A stretch of 64,000 bases of DNA from Geosiphon pyriformis uo1 (GCA_016748015.1 JAAOMT010000071.1:124001-188000), one strand, 5' to 3'. Counted from the first letter of the stretch, positions 13,471 to 27,689 are shown. The notes: generated by a model from the sequence alone, not told the origin. A program made the numbers and translations.

Positions 13471-16400
13471 GTGGTCTGGTATGGAAGATTGCTACATGTA
13501 ATGTTCGTGAGTTGAACAATCCTATGAAGCAAGATGATGTCATTTGTTGGCACAGAGATATGAACAATTTGGTTTTAATTGTTACTAAGACAAAGTTAAA
13601 AGATAGAGTTCGACCTTGAATTGCTAATAAATTTGATGGTGTTTGGGTCTTTGTTTCTGGTTTGGATTCTGGTTACCTTGGTTCTGGTGTGGTGATTATT
13701 ATAAACAACACTCTGGCAAAACATGTATATAAAGTTGTTGAGATTCCTGGATGACTTTTGTCTGTCAAGTTGCTCTTCAAAAATAAGCTCTTGGTGTCGA
13801 TTCTGGGTTTGTATGCAGGTGCTTTAGTGTCCGCACGCTTCTCACAAGCAGATGAGATAAACTCTTTGATTGCTAAAGCTGTTAATGAGTCATCTTTCAT
13901 AATATTGGGCAGCAATTTCAATGAAGATGGCTTTCACAGGTGTGCTAGTTTCAGGAAATGTTTTGATTTGGGTTTAGTCAATGCCTTGGGAGGGAGTTCA
14001 TTTGGGAGAAATGTGACTTGGACCAATTCTCGAGGGGTGGCCAAGATTATTAATTACATGTTCATGTCATCGAGCTTAGTCAACGCAATCTTAGATTGAA
14101 GTGTAGCTAGAGTTGATGAATATTTCGATACTGATCATAGGGCTGTTGCTGTTTCTGTGGGCCTGGGTGGTCTCTTGAACATTAATTTGATGTTCCTTTG
14201 CAAGCAGGTAAATAAGGATTGATGGAAGTTCAATTTTAAGGATGCTACGGCTGCCAAATGGACTGCATTCAAGGAATCTTCTGCTGCCACCACAGCAATG
14301 TTTAAGTGCGAGTTTGATGCTGCTCTATTGTTTCTGGATTTGGATGCTATGTGAGACGTCATCTGCAAAATTGTGTGCTTATCAGCGAGTGATATTTTCA
14401 AAAAAAAATGGTTCAAGGGTTATGATAATGTGTTTACTAAGGAATCTTCTAAGTTTCACAAGCTAGAACTTTTGGTGTCTAAACTAGTTAAAGCATCACG
14501 TTTGGTTTCTTCTGAGGAATTTGTTGCACTACTGAGTACGTGGAATTCGTTGGACACTACAAATGCTTCTGTGGTGGAGTTTCTTTTTCTTTCGGGTCGC
14601 ATTTTGAGGTCATAAGATCTGTCTTGTTCAGAGTTAGGAAGTTGTATCATTCCTCTAAATTGTCCAAGTTAAAGCATGCTGAAGAATCTTGTATCAGATC
14701 AGCAGTTAGTAGGAGGATGGAAAGTTTTGAGATGAATAAGGGTCATACAATTAGGAGTGTGCTAAAATGCCCCTTTCACAAGGTGGTATTGGATCATTTG
14801 GTTGTCAATGATGAACTGGTTTTGGATCCTAGTTTGGTTAAATCTAAGGTGAATGTTATCATGGAAGGCTGAACCAGAAAATGCGAGTTGGTTGCTGATG
14901 TCTCTACTGATTGGTGTCGCCAGTACCAACTCTTGGAGTACGTATTTGATGAGGCATTTTCGAGAATAATGGACCCTATTAGTTCTGTTGAGTTGCTTGG
15001 TGTTGTGTCGGACTTGCCTAATGATAAATCTGCTGGTTTGTCTGGTATTTTGAATGAGCTTTAGAAGCATTGTGACGAATTGGTTCTAGATATGTTGTTG
15101 GTGCTCTTGAACTCTTGTTTGCTCTGTGAGTCAGTTCCTGATCCTTGGAGAGAAGCTTGGGTGTTTATGATCCCCAAACCTTATGAGTGGGAGGGAGTTC
15201 TTACGAACACCCGACCCATTGCTTTGATTGAAACCACTTGTAAGATCCTTTCAAAGATCCTCTCAGACAGGATTTCTTTGGTGTGCAGTACTGACAATGT
15301 TCTCCACGGAGACAATTTTTCTGTTTTGAAAAGCATGATAACACAGTCTCCTATCTTTGCTGTCGGCTCTGTGGTTGAGGATGTTCTGGAAAAGAACTGT
15401 GAACTTTGGCTGGTATTGCAGGACATAAAAAAGACCTATGATTCTGTTGGCTGGGAGCATTTGAAAAGGAGTCTAATTAGGATTAAGATGTGTGGCAGGT
15501 TCATTCAATTTTTTGGTGGCATTCACAATAATCGAGTCAACCGAGTAATAACTGACTTTGGCTTAACTGATGGTTATCAAGTCCATGATAGTCTCAATCA
15601 AGGGGAAGTGTTCTCACTTCTTTTCTGGCGTATATTTTATGATTCTCTTTTGTGTGAAGTCAAGAGGCAAGAAAAATTTTGTGGATATAGGTTGAATTCT
15701 CATTTCATTGCTAAGACTGACTATGTTAAACCTCAAGCTAGTTTTTCTTCTTTCTTTGCAGCTGGTGCTTTTGTGAATGATACAATTTGGGTTGGCAGCA
15801 GTCAGGCTGCAACACAACACATTCTCAATGTTGCTAGTGAATTTTTTAGAATTAATGATATTTCAATTAACAATAACAAAACGGTGGCAATTCCCATTAA
15901 CTGTAGGGTTGTGAGCCCTTTTCTAACAATCAGTAGTTCACCAATTTCTATTGCCAAGAAAGGGGAACCTCACCGGTATTTGGGCATCTTTCTGTCTATG
16001 GATGGTTTGTCAAAGCCCAGTTTGGCCAAAGCATATTCGGATGTTCAGTTTTTTATCAATCTCGTCCTGAAAAAGGCCATCTTTGATAAGCAGTTCTTGT
16101 ATTTGGTTTCGGCAGTTCTGCAACCCATTATCAGTTATAGAATGCAGTTTAGTTTTGTTCCACTTAGTGTTTGCTGTAAATGGGATGCTCTGATTCATAA
16201 AGGCTTTAAATCCAAGGCAGGTCTTCCTTTGGATTTTCCCAATGATGCTCTTCATCATCTATCTCTTTATGACTTAAAGACTTTTGAGCAGATTTAGGCT
16301 GAGAGTAAGTTGGCATCCATAGTGTGTTTTGCCAATGCTGTTGAAATCCTGGGTCGGTTGTTTTTTCATAGGTCTCATGACTTACAGACTTTGAGCTGGC

Positions 16401-18156
16401 GTCCTGTGCATCTTTTGGTCTCCCTGGTTCATTTAAAATTAAATCTCTTGAACAATTTTCTGGTGGGTGTGATTTGTATTTTTGCCGACTGCAGCTTATC
16501 CTTTAGTAGTTCCAGCCCCAGTGCATTCCGATTCTCCCATGGAACTCCTATGTCTTTGGTTCTTAAGGAGGTAAAATTCTCTAGGTGTTTCTCTTTACTT
16601 CGGTGGTATGGAATTGCCTTTGTAGAACAATTGTGTTAACGCAATGGTGGTGTTTTTGACTGGAAGACTTCCAAGTGTTGAAAAAGGCTGGATCTGTGTG
16701 GCCCCATTTCTGATTGGTTTGGTGTCTCTGTTGGTTATTTTGGTGGTGCGGGGTCATTTTCTTCTGTTTATGGCTGTTCGGTAGGCATTTCTTCTGCTCC
16801 TAGTGTTTTAGAATCCATTGATTTTGATTTGGTTTGTAATCATTTGTTGAGATTGGGTGTTGATAGCCTTTCAGTCTATACCAATAGATCCTTGGCTGGT
16901 TTGGGCACTTTCAGTGTTAAATCAGGTGCAGCAGTTTTCTTTGATGATATTAATATGGGTTTAGGTGTTAAGGTCTCGGGTTTGTTGTCATCTACTTTGG
17001 CGGAATTGCAAGCTATTGCACTTGCTCTCGAGTGTGTTCCTGCAGTTAGCAAAGTTAGCTTATTTTCAGATAGTCAGGCTGCATTGGATACTTGTAGGTC
17101 TGAATTGGGTTTTGTGCATCTGGATTTTTGGAATAGTTGTTGGGTGGAACACTGTCATATTGCTGGTCTTGTTTGTGCTAAGAGGTTGGATATCAACTGG
17201 TATAAGGTTAAAGGACATTCTGGTGTTGTAGGTAATGACCGGGCTGATGATTTGGCTGGCCGTGTGGCTCTTTCTGATTTTGTTCTTCCCCCCCGGCTGG
17301 ATGAGTGGTTTATTCTGGCTGGTGGTAGTCCGGTTTCGGGTAATTCTAGGCATTTTGTGCATGACATTTATTGGTCCATTCATTATTCACATTGGGGTTT
17401 CAGTTCAGATAATAGAGTTATTACTGGCGAATTGCTTACAGATATCGATTGGTGCAGGTCCTCTTCTGTTTAGCATCCCGATTTATACATGGCTGCTGGC
17501 TTTACCAGTATTCGGACCGCTGGTTTGTGCACGTATTTTATGAAAGCTCTGCATCATAGACTGCCTGTGGCCATTCGCAAACGCCTTTATAATAGGAGTT
17601 ACCCTAGTGTGGTTTGCTTGTTTTGTGAAAGTGTGGAGGTCTCAGACCATGTTTTTTTTGTAATTCTGACTTTGCTAATCATGATCGGCTGCTTGGTGAT
17701 TTTGCGGTTAAATGAAAAGGCATTTCTGGTCTTCATGGCCCTTCTTTTTGTGTGCTGCAAACTCTTTCTTCATGTATTCTTGACACCTCGGTCTGTGTTG
17801 CTCTATGCAAAGACTTTGTTTTTAATGATTGGTTTTTTGAGGCGGTTTCTGTTTTTGGTGACCTGAAACTTGCTGGTGCAAAAATTGTGGACTTTGTTCA
17901 TGATTTTTGCCTAGCTTTTAGAGATGAGGTTTGGTTGGTCCATGTCAAACATCATGCCTTTATGGAGAAGCATGGGTTAATTCCTTGAAATAGTTCTGTG
18001 CCAGTTTCTATTTCTGGTCTGTCTTCCCTGTATTTAGCTGAGATTGTTAGATTGTTGGGTATTAATGATACATTGGGCATTAGGTTTGGTTTGCACAAAT
18101 TTAGTTTGTTCGTTTTAGGCGCTTTAGATGCGGTTTCTGTTTATATAAGTGCATAG
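13467..18156 (+). pseudogene. LINE ORF2: AP endonuclease, reverse transcriptase, RNase HI and C-terminal CCHC
   Basis: APE (IATCNVR.LNN, LGSNFNE, TDHRAV); RT (RPIALIE, LQDIKKTYDSV, LNQGEVFS, FVNDT from ancestral FVDDT, YLGIFL); RNase H (VYTNRS, AELQAIALAL, FSDSQAAL, KVKGHSGVVGNDRADDLA); CLFCESVEVSDHVF. Many TGG>TGA/TAG stops. Confidence 0.95.
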
Positions 18157-21100
18157 TATTGTTCTAATTGGCCTGAATGACTAGTCACGTATAGAAAGTG
18201 CATAATTCATGCCTAATTTAGATCAATTATTTGATGTATGGTTTTAGGTTGTGTTTGGACTTCACTTAATAAACGTATAAAAAAAAAAATATTATAATAA
18301 CTAATAATTAATTAAATTTTTATAATACTTTTTGATTTATGTACTATAAATAAATTAATTATTAAATATTGTTTTATATTAATTCTGCAATATATAAAAT
18401 TTATTGTTTAATATTTTGTTAATTATGAATAATTTTTTTATTAACTTAAAAATTTATTACTAAAAATATTGTTTTAATCTAATTAATATTTAAAAAAAGT
18501 GTTTATATTTATTTTTTGAATTTTTTTTGAACTTTTTATAAATAATTTTTTATGATTTTACCAAAATATTTAATATTGTTTTAAGTTTTTATTATAAAAT
18601 ATTTTTATAATTAAGCTTGATTATTTTTTCAAAAAGAGTTGTTTTAATATTAATTTTAATAAATATTTTTATATATTTATAGAATAAGTAGAAAAATTCA
18701 TAACTAATTATGTTATAATTTAGTATTTAATAAATAAAAATATTAAAAACAAAATTTGTAAAATATTTCAAGTTTTTTCAATTAATAAAAAAAAACTTGT
18801 TTTCTATTTGAAAAAAGTTTTTAGAAATATTTATATATATATATAATTTTTTTTGTAAAAGAAATTTACAATTAAAATAGCAGTTTAATTTAATATTAAT
18901 CTTATTTCTATTTATTTTATTAACTAATTTGTTGTTATTATAATATATTTATTTTTATTAAAAGTAATTATTAAAAACTTAATAATATTAATTCCAATTT
19001 TATTAAAAAATTTATTAACAGAAATTAAATAAAATTTTTTTTAAATTGGATTTATTTTTTTGTTGACAAATATTACAAATTTTAATATATTTTAATATAT
19101 TTTTTCTTAAAATTGACCAATAATATCTTGCTAATGTCTTTTAAATTGTTTTTATTTTTTTGAAATATTCTGTTAAAAAATTAATATATATATTATATAA
19201 TACAATTTTTTTTTAAATTAAATAACTTTCTGTAATTTAAGATTTTTAGTTTTTTTTAATATAATTGATTTTGACAAATCAAATAAAAATTTAATTATTA
19301 ATGTAAATGTTTTTTTTGTTGCCAATTATATTTTAAAAGATATTGTTTATTATCCAAAAATTCATAAAAACTAAATAGTTTTTCAAATTTATTGTTATAT
19401 TTAATTTAAAATATTTTTATTAATAATTAATTTAATTATGTCTTTGCTAATTTGTTGCTTACTAAATAATTAATTAGAATAAAGCATTTATGTTTTGATT
19501 ATTTGTTTTTTTAATACTTATTATTAGAATCATATTTATTTAGATAGAAAATTTTTTGTAATTTAGTTTTTTTTTATTTTTTAATTAAATTAAAACTTGA
19601 ATATATACATTAAATTATTTTTCAAGAAAATATTTATTTTAGTAAGCAGTAAATTATATTATTGTTAAGCATTTTTTTAGTAATTTTGGAATTTTTTTTA
19701 GTTTATTAAAAAGTTCTACTATTGTAAATTATAACATGTTTTTTTTTATTTTTTATTTTTTAGAAACAGAATAATATTAAAAAAAACATTAAAAACATTA
19801 ATATAAATAATAATAAATTTATTAAAGTCAAATTATTTTAGAATAAATTTAGTAATTATTTTTTCTTTAAAAATTTTAAATGTTTTTTGCTAAAAAATAC
19901 TTAATGTTTTTAATTAAATAGATGTGTAATTTTGAAAAAAAAATTTATAAATTTTTGTTATAAAAAACTAATTAAAAAAATAGTAATTCAAAAACATTTA
20001 TTGATTATTTAAGCTTTTGTACTTTTTTTTACTTTGTTTAGATTTGAAAAAAATTATTTTTTTTACAAAATGTCTTAAAAATTAGATATATTATTATTTA
20101 AAGTATAATTTAATTAAATTAATCTTGAGTTTAACATTTTTAAAAATAGTCTAAATGTTTATTTTAAGTTTTAAATATATTATTATATTATTAAAATATA
20201 CAGAAACAAATTTTTCATGCTTTAATCTAAACATTTTATTTATTAATTTAAAAAACATTATAGTAAATTTATAAATTCTATAATAAAAACAATTTTTTTT
20301 ATTGATAAAATTCATCAAAATCTAATAGTTAAATTAATTGTTATAAAATAGACTAAGTCTTTAAATTAATTAAGAATATTATTAACTTTTGATTTTTGGT
20401 TTTTGTATAAATTTAAGCATTTTTTTCAATTTATTTTTTTCTTAATGAACTTATTATTTTAGTAATTTAAATAAAATTTTAAACAAATAAATTAGATATA
20501 TTTTGAATTAACAAGTTTTTAATATTAATTTTTTGGTTTTTTTATTAGGTTTTTTTTACTTAATTGTTAATAATTGAATTTTGGGCACTTTTTTTTAAAA
20601 TGTTTTTTGTATAGCTTTAATTTTTTATCAGAAATCAAACTAATTAGTTTTTAATTTTTGAAAAAGGTTAAACATAATTTGCATTTATTATTTGAAGAAT
20701 AAAAAAAGTAATTATATCAATATTAAACATAAAAATTATATTACTAATAATTTTATTTCACTTTTTTTCTAATTGTTGTTTAAATATTTTTTTAAGCATA
20801 TTGTAATATAGCCGATAGATAAGTTTTCTATTAATTATAAATCTTTTATTATTTGTTTACATATTGTTTAAAAATTTTCATTGCTATTAAAAATAATAAA
20901 AGCTAATTTGATTTTTTTTTCAAAGTCTTAGGAATTTTTAAAATTATTATTGTTGTTATTTTTGTTATTGCTAAGTTATTGCAAAAAATACTGTTTAATA
21001 TTAATACTTAACTACAATGAACTTTGTTTACTATAAATAGTAAGTTTATAAAATTTATAATTAAAAAGAGTTTTAGTTTTGTTTAATTATTTATTTTAAT

Positions 21101-22664
21101 TAATTATAATATAAATTTCGATTTCTAAATCTTCTATATTAGTTTTGATACACATATTATTAATTTAAATAAGAATAACTTTGACAATTTTTGGATCTTT
21201 TTTTGTCTTCATGAATATTGGTTATTAGTTTAGTTAATAGTTCATTAATTTTTTTTTAATTGTATCTAAGAAATATTAAGTTATAATTCTAACTAATAAA
21301 CCATTATTTAATATTAAGTTTATAAAATATTTAGCTATTTGGGCTTTGCAAATAAAAGATATAATATTATTACTAAAAGCTAAAGTTGTTTATTAATAAT
21401 GTTTTTTCGTTTTAAACTGTTTTTTAGATATTAATAATTTTTGAAAATCTTTTTAGAATTATAGATAAGTCATGAACTAACCAAAAATAATATGAGTAGA
21501 TGTTTTTATTGGATTTTTAACTACTAAATAAAAGCCTAATTTTTGAATAATTTTTATAATTTTAATTTTGGCAGATTTTTAAATAATTTTAATTTTAGTG
21601 TTTTATTTTTATTGTTAAATATTGAAGTAATTACATTGAAATTTAAATTAGAATCTATTTTTTGCTTTTTAAATTTGGTTTAGCTTAATAATTTGTTACT
21701 GTTTTTTGTAGTTTTATGTTATTATTAGTTATATTAAAATTAAACAAGAAATTTTTTTTTCTTAACTTGTATTTTTATTCTTAGAAAATATGCTTATTAA
21801 TTTAAAGACTGATATTTTGTTGTTTCAAATAGGAAATTTTTTTAAAAAAAGTTTATATAAGTTTGGTTAACATTTGATTAAGAGTTTGATTATTGTTGTT
21901 TTTATTATTTGGCAGATTGTTGTTTTTTAAGTTAAGAAAACATTAAAAAATTGTAACAATTTCGTGTTATATGGCCAGTGTTTTTACATTTATAACAGAC
22001 TAAAAAATTTTAGTTTCTAAGTTTTGGATTATAATAAAACTAATATTAAGATTTTAAAGATTTTTGATTTTCTTGTATTATTTAGGCTAAAAATTCCTAA
22101 AGTCTTGTAAAATTTGTTGTTAATTTATCAATTATTTGTTTATTTAAGTCTTGAACATAAGTTGTAAATAATATAACAGTTAGTTAAGAAGAAGAAATGA
22201 AAACTGGTAGTTATTTAAGATAAAAAAATATTTTTTAAGTATATTTGTTAGTTGTTTTTTATTTTTTAAGTTATTTCTACTGTTGTATCTAAAGTAGAAT
22301 TATTTTTAATGACAAAAAAAACCATAGAACATAAGATAAATTTAGTTTTAAATTTTTGATTAAGAAATAAATTTTTTGTTTTTTTATTTTATTTCTTTTT
22401 AAGTCTCACTTTTTTTATTAACTTTTAAATTGCTTTTGCATATTTTATAACTACTTTTTTAAGACCTTTTTTTTAATTTTATTCTTTACTTTAATATTAT
22501 TATTGTAATACAAAATTTTTTTTGAATTTAGTAGTAAAAAAAGTTGTATTTTGGTTAATATTTTTGAAAGACTATTAAGTAATTTGTTAGCAGTTTTTTG
22601 AGTAAATTATGTAGTAGAAAATTTTTAAAAGTATCTTTCAATTATTTTGAATTTGTAATTATTA

Positions 22665-23669
22665 CAGTACCCCCGAAAAGTAATGGTGGGGTAACTCTTG
22701 CGGCGCGTAATTCTTATTATGGTCCGATCAGCTATTGTTAAGACATTTTAAGTAATAATTTGTACGCGCATACATTCCATGCTACTATTTTTATTTTTTA
22801 AAACAAAATTGTTTTGATCAATAACGCGTTTTATTTCTTGTAATGAAATATAATCCTGTAAAATTCAATCGTGAAGTCGTTAAGAGATTTTGGCAACAAG
22901 GTTATCGAAGTCCAACCGAAATATCTCGAAAAGCTAATGTTCCTCTTCGCTCTTGTGAACGATATATAGGACAACTTCGTAAAAATGGTCAAATTCGAGC
23001 AATTCATCGTTCAGGTCGTCCACGAAAAANNNNNNNNNNNNNNNNNNNNNNNNNNNNNNNNNNNNNNNNNNNNNNNNNNNNNNNNNNNNNNNNNNNNNNN
23101 NNNNNNNNNNNNNNNNNNNNNNNNNNNNNNNNNNNNNNNNNNNNNNNNNNNNNNNNNNNNNNNNNNNNNNNNNNNNNNNNNNNNNNNNNNNNNNNNNNNN
23201 NNNNNNNNNNNNNNNNNNNNNNNNNNNNNNNNNNNNNNNNNNNNNNNNNNNNNNNNNNNNNNNNNNNNNNNNNNNNNNNNNNNNNNNNNNNNNNNNNNNN
23301 NNNNNNNNNNTCATATAGTCCAGATCTCAATCCAATTGAGAATATTTGGGCTATTCTTAAACGAAATGTTGAGAAAAAAGTCAAAGCAATAATAGCACAC
23401 AAAAAATATCTCTCAAGCGATTTTTATTACAATAGTAGAAGAAGAATGGAATAATCTGTCTAAAGAGGCCATTCTTAACTGTATTACTAGTATGCAAAAT
23501 CAAATTCAAGATTGTATTAGTGTAAAAGGAGGACATACTAAATATTAATTTTTTGCATATATATTCTTTACTTATATATCTATTAAATATTAAAATTTAA
23601 ACAGAAATTATTATGTATAAAAAAAATAAAAATAAAAAAATACCCCGCCATTACTTTTCGGGAGGACTG
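22665..23669 (+). mobile_element. Tc1/mariner DNA transposon (young copy; assembly gap inside)
   Basis: 29-bp TIRs at 22665-22693 and 23641-23669 (26/29 match), TA TSDs at 22663-22664 and 23670-23671, CpGs retained. Confidence 0.95.
22843..23547 (+). CDS. Tc1-type DDE transposase, partial (gap 23030-23310; apparent C-terminal frameshift near 23420)
   Basis: N-terminal HTH ending in GRPRK and C-terminal YSPDLNPIENIW motif. The terminal ...KGGHTKY* lies in another frame. Confidence 0.85.
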
Positions 23670-24498
23670 TATTATACTGGTTTGCTGTAATAGCTTTTTT
23701 AAAATTTTAAGCTATATTATTAAATCTTAAAAGTTTTCTTTAAATCAAGATAAAAAACTTATGTTTTTATAATTTAAAATAATTAAATGACTTAAAAAGT
23801 TAGTAATATATCTGTTTTATTTTGGGCCATAATAAAAGTGGATGTTTAAAACAAAAAATCTAAATTACTTAAAAAAAATCAAAAACTCAAACTTTTTAGT
23901 AGCTTTCTTTATTTTTGGTTTTTAAAAGAGTTTTAATTTGTTTGATAAACAGTATCATTAAAGATTTTAGTCATCTTTTAAGGTGTTGTTAATGTTGTTT
24001 TGCTGTTAATTCTGTTGTTAATAGAAGCTGATAAACTTTTAATAAGCTAATTTATTTTCAAAATATTTTTTTATACTTTAGAATTATTGTTTTTATTAGA
24101 CTTATAATAAAATAACCAATTCTATACCAATTATTTTGTGTAATTACTGAAATTAATAACTAATTAATTTTAGAATATTAGTTGTAATTGTGTATTTTTA
24201 AACAATGATAATTAGAAAAAAGTTTGGTTTTTCAAAGTAGATTTATTAAATTGACTTATAATAACTAATTGACTATTTTAAGCTAAGATAATTCTAGTAA
24301 AAATATATTTTTTCGAAAAAAGAAGCTTTTTTTTTATACAACTTGTTGTAACATTATTTTATAATCTTGCACTTTTTTTTTTTTAATATTTTGGCAAACT
24401 ACAAGTTATTTTTATAAACTATTAAGTATTTAAATTTTTTATTGAATTTTTAAATATTTTGACAAATTTTTAAATGTTACATAATTTGAAATATTATA

Positions 24499-25597
24499 CA
24501 GTTTAGTAAGAAAAAAATTGAAAAAATATGAATCTACTAAGATTGTATTTGATTTAACTATTTTTGGTAAGTTTTGTGATGGTAAAAATGGAAACACAAT
24601 ATTAAGTAAGTCTAAAAACATTTTCTCACATATTAACTAATAGTATTTTTTAAAACTTGTTTTTGAAATGCCAACTCCAAAACAAGAAATACAATGGCAA
24701 GTCATATTACATTTTTGTAAGCAAGAAATACAAAAGATAAAAGAAATACAGAATAAAACGAATAGATCCTTTTCTACAATCTATAATATCTTCAAAAAAT
24801 TCAAAAAAAAAGGAACAATAAAGTATGCAAGTGGTAATGGTCGGCCAAGAAAAATTATAGGAAATTCTTCGAAAGTATTAAGGCAAATTATTCATAAAGA
24901 TTCTTCAGTTTTGTTTAAATATTTAGCAATAAAGTTGGTTAAAAAGAAAATAAATGTTTCTCATATTACTATTCAAAACCATTTATCTAATCTTAATTAT
25001 AAAAAAAGTCTTCTTAGAACAACTCCAATGCTGACTGAAAAACATAAGTGAAAATGTGTAGAATAGGCCAAAAAACACCTGAACGATAATTGAAAAAGAA
25101 CAGTTTTTACTGACAAAACATCTTTTCAACTTTTTTAAAACACAGTAAAACATTGGCATAAAAGTACTTAACCAATTTGTCCTATGCCTAAAGATTGAAC
25201 AAAAATTCTCATGTGAGGGGAAGTTTATTCTGTTTTGTTTAAATAATAAATGCTTAATTTTATATAGATATTCTTCGTAACCACTTACTTAAAATTAGAG
25301 CAATACTGGAAGATAATTGGTAATTCCAACAAGATAATGACCTTAAGCATACTAGCAAGCTTGCCATAGTGAATTAAAGAGATATTTTTGAATCTACCTT
25401 AATTGGGTTAGTAATATCAATGAAACGGCATTGTAAAATGATAATTGAGATAAATGGTAAAAAAATTTCTTATTAATTTTTTTTAATAAATTTATATAGT
25501 ATTTAACTTTTTAATAATAATTGTTTTATGTAATTTGGTATATTAGTTAAGACATAGTAATTATTTTTATATTTCCAATTTTTTTCTTATTAGACTG
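24499..25597 (+). mobile_element. Tc1-type DNA transposon family 2, degenerate transposase starting at 24668
   Basis: TIRs CAGTTTAGTAAGAAAAAAATTG and reverse complement CAGTCTAATAAGAAAAAAATTG; TA TSDs at 24497-98 and 25598-99. ORF 24668-25051 has HTH and GRPRK; downstream VFTDKT and FQQDNDLKH remnants carry stops and deletions. Confidence 0.9.
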
Positions 25598-25615
25598 TAT
25601 AATCTAATTATTATA

Positions 25616-27075
25616 CAGTCAGACCTCTATAAAAGAACACAGTTGGGACATGCAAATTATGTTCCATTTTAGAGGTGTTCTATTATAGAGTTTTATAATT
25701 ATTATCAAATAAACTATATTTATTTATTAAATCAATCAATTATTATTATTATTATTATTAAAATATTGATTAATTGCTACCTGTTTTTTAGAATCTTCCT
25801 TCATTTTTTCGTATTCATATAATTTTTTTCTAAGTAAATTTTGGTTTTCTATACTAAAATTTTCTTCTGCTAATTGCTCTTCAAATCTAATTACCTTTTT
25901 TAATGCTTCATATGCTTCTGTAATTGTAATTATAGCAGCTGGAGATTTTTCTAATTCTTCTTCCGAGTCATTAATTGTATTGGTTTCAATTTGAGCATCG
26001 GCTAAAACCATATCTACAATTTCATTATCATCAAGAATATTTTCAGTTGCCAATAATTCATCAACTGCTACTGTATAATCTTTGAGATTTTTGACCAATT
26101 GTTTTGCATTTGATGGTAAATTGTTGAATATATCCATAGCAATTGATGTTTCGGATTCTTGAATTTCTAATTCTTGATTATAGAAAAGAATATCCGTTTT
26201 TTGCCAACAGNNNNNNNNNNNNNNNNNNNNNNNNNNNNNNNNNNNNNNNNNNNNNNNNNNNNNNNNNNNNNNNNNNNNNNNNNNNNNNNNNNNNNNNNNN
26301 NNNNNNNNNNNNNNNNNNNNNNNNNNNNNNNNNNNNNNNNNNNNNNNNNNNNNNNNNNNNNNNNNNNNNNNNNNNNNNNNNNNNNNNNNNNNNNNNNNNN
26401 NNNNNNNNNNNNNTCTAATAATGGAAATTTAATGCTTTTGTGTCAAATAGATCTTTCTGAGATTTCATCAATTTCAATATTCAACCACTTTGCATGCTCT
26501 TTGATTATCTTGGAGACAGTTGGACGAGAAATATGAAGTTCTGGATATTTATAATTGAAGTAAGCTACAATATCATCATGTTTCGTGCCATAGTGATTTT
26601 TGGAATATTGACAAATTTCTTTACAAAGAGCATCATTAACTGCTGCTCGTTTTTGTTTTTGAATAAAGGTTCCGAAATTGTGATAATTTAGCAAATGTGC
26701 CTATAATGATAATATTAGATTTGGTTTTAGCAAGCCTAAATTTGAATACAATTGGGACTAAGTGGCTGTACGTGAAAACAGACAAGATCAAAAAGAGTAA
26801 GTCCAATGTAAATTGATTTAAAAGAAAGTTAGAATGAAATCAATTCAATACGTTCTAACTCTTTTCCCAATTACCAATTAACATCTAGCATGTGATATTT
26901 GTTCTTATATGAAGGTAAATTTCGAATAAACGTTTGATAAAATTATGTTCTTGTTCCTTTATAGATTGTTCTTATATAAAGGGAAAATTGTTAATTAATC
27001 AATTGGTTCTATAAAAAAATGTCCTTTGTAAGAGGTTGTTCTTTTATCGAGGGTTCTTTTATGGAGGTTTGACTG
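25616..27075 (-). mobile_element. pogo/Tigger-type DNA transposon with CENP-B-like transposase fragments (gap 26211-26413)
   Basis: 23-bp TIRs CAGTCAGACCTCTATAAAAGAAC and CAGTCAAACCTCCATAAAAGAAC, TA TSDs, repeated subterminal gttcttttat motifs. ORF 26443-26694 is a CENP-B N-terminal HTH (ISRPTVSKIIK); ORF 25736-26137 is the acidic C-terminus ending KKQVAINQYF. Confidence 0.9.
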
Positions 27076-27689
27076 TAATTATTTATACTTGTGTATTGTA
27101 CAAATAGGATTATTAATTAGATAGTAATATTTAATAATTTAATAAAATAATAAGTAATAAATTGAAACAATAATATAGTTAATTGATAATAAAAATTACA
27201 GAAGCAATTTTATGTTAATTAATAACTTAAATTTTTACTAGTAACAATTATTATTTAATTGTAAATTTGTTGATTTAAGATTTCAAACTTAAAAGGAATT
27301 TGACTAAAGATAATTAAAAATATTAATTAGTTGATATAATTATTTTTAATTTTTAATTTTTTTTTTTAAAATATGCTTAATCAAAGAAATAAACAGTGTA
27401 AACTGAATAAGTTTCAATTAAATATTTAATTAAAAAACAATTTCAAAAATCTTGAAACTGTTGGCTAAATTATTTTTTAATTAAGAAACAAATAAAACAA
27501 AATTAAAAAAAATTAAGCTTAATATAAACTAAATTATTTTGATTATGTACTATAAAATAATCTTGGATTTTTTGTGTTAAAAAAGATTAATTGTTCATAT
27601 AATAGTAAATAATTTAAGAATTTAACAATCTCACAAAGAGCACTATTTTTCTGTTATAGTTAGATATAATATACTAATAAATAATAACA

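Larger units (their letters stand above)
11541..18289 (+). mobile_element. Full-length LINE copy 1 (ORF1 plus ORF2 APE-RT-RNase H-zinc finger), degenerate
   Basis: Sharp GC rise at ~11541, two ORF regions, 3' UTR at 18157-18278 and poly(A) at 18279-18289. Confidence 0.95.
18300..27246 (-). mobile_element. Heavily decayed Ty3/Gypsy element A (integrase ~18.6-19.2 kb, RT/RH ~19.7-20.7 kb, protease ~21.3 kb), interrupted by three DNA transposons
   Basis: Minus strand ~19130->18990 reads YYWSILRKNILKYIKICNICQQ...NKIGI (integrase H2C2 and core start). LTR at the right end. Internal boundaries are approximate. Confidence 0.65.
24475..27246 (-). repeat. ~210-bp LTR (TGTTAC...GTAACA) split by two DNA transposon insertions
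   Basis: Removing the two elements joins 24475-24498, 25600-25615 and 27078-27246. The result aligns with 59397-59597, including the flanking caaatttttaaa. Confidence 0.75.

Noticed and set aside
18168-18205. Possible hammerhead ribozyme (ctgaatga...gaaa) in the LINE 3' UTR
   Set aside because: The core is not CUGANGA, and the other copies read ccaagtgg/tcaaatag/ctaagtgg, so it is not conserved.
11523-18297. Candidate TSD aaatattataa for LINE copy 1 (and similarly short matches for copy 2, half-LINE A and the 35.8-kb fragment)
   Set aside because: Pure A/T matches of this length are expected by chance in these flanks.
22934-26536. ORFs made largely of X residues
   Set aside because: Artefacts of assembly gaps.
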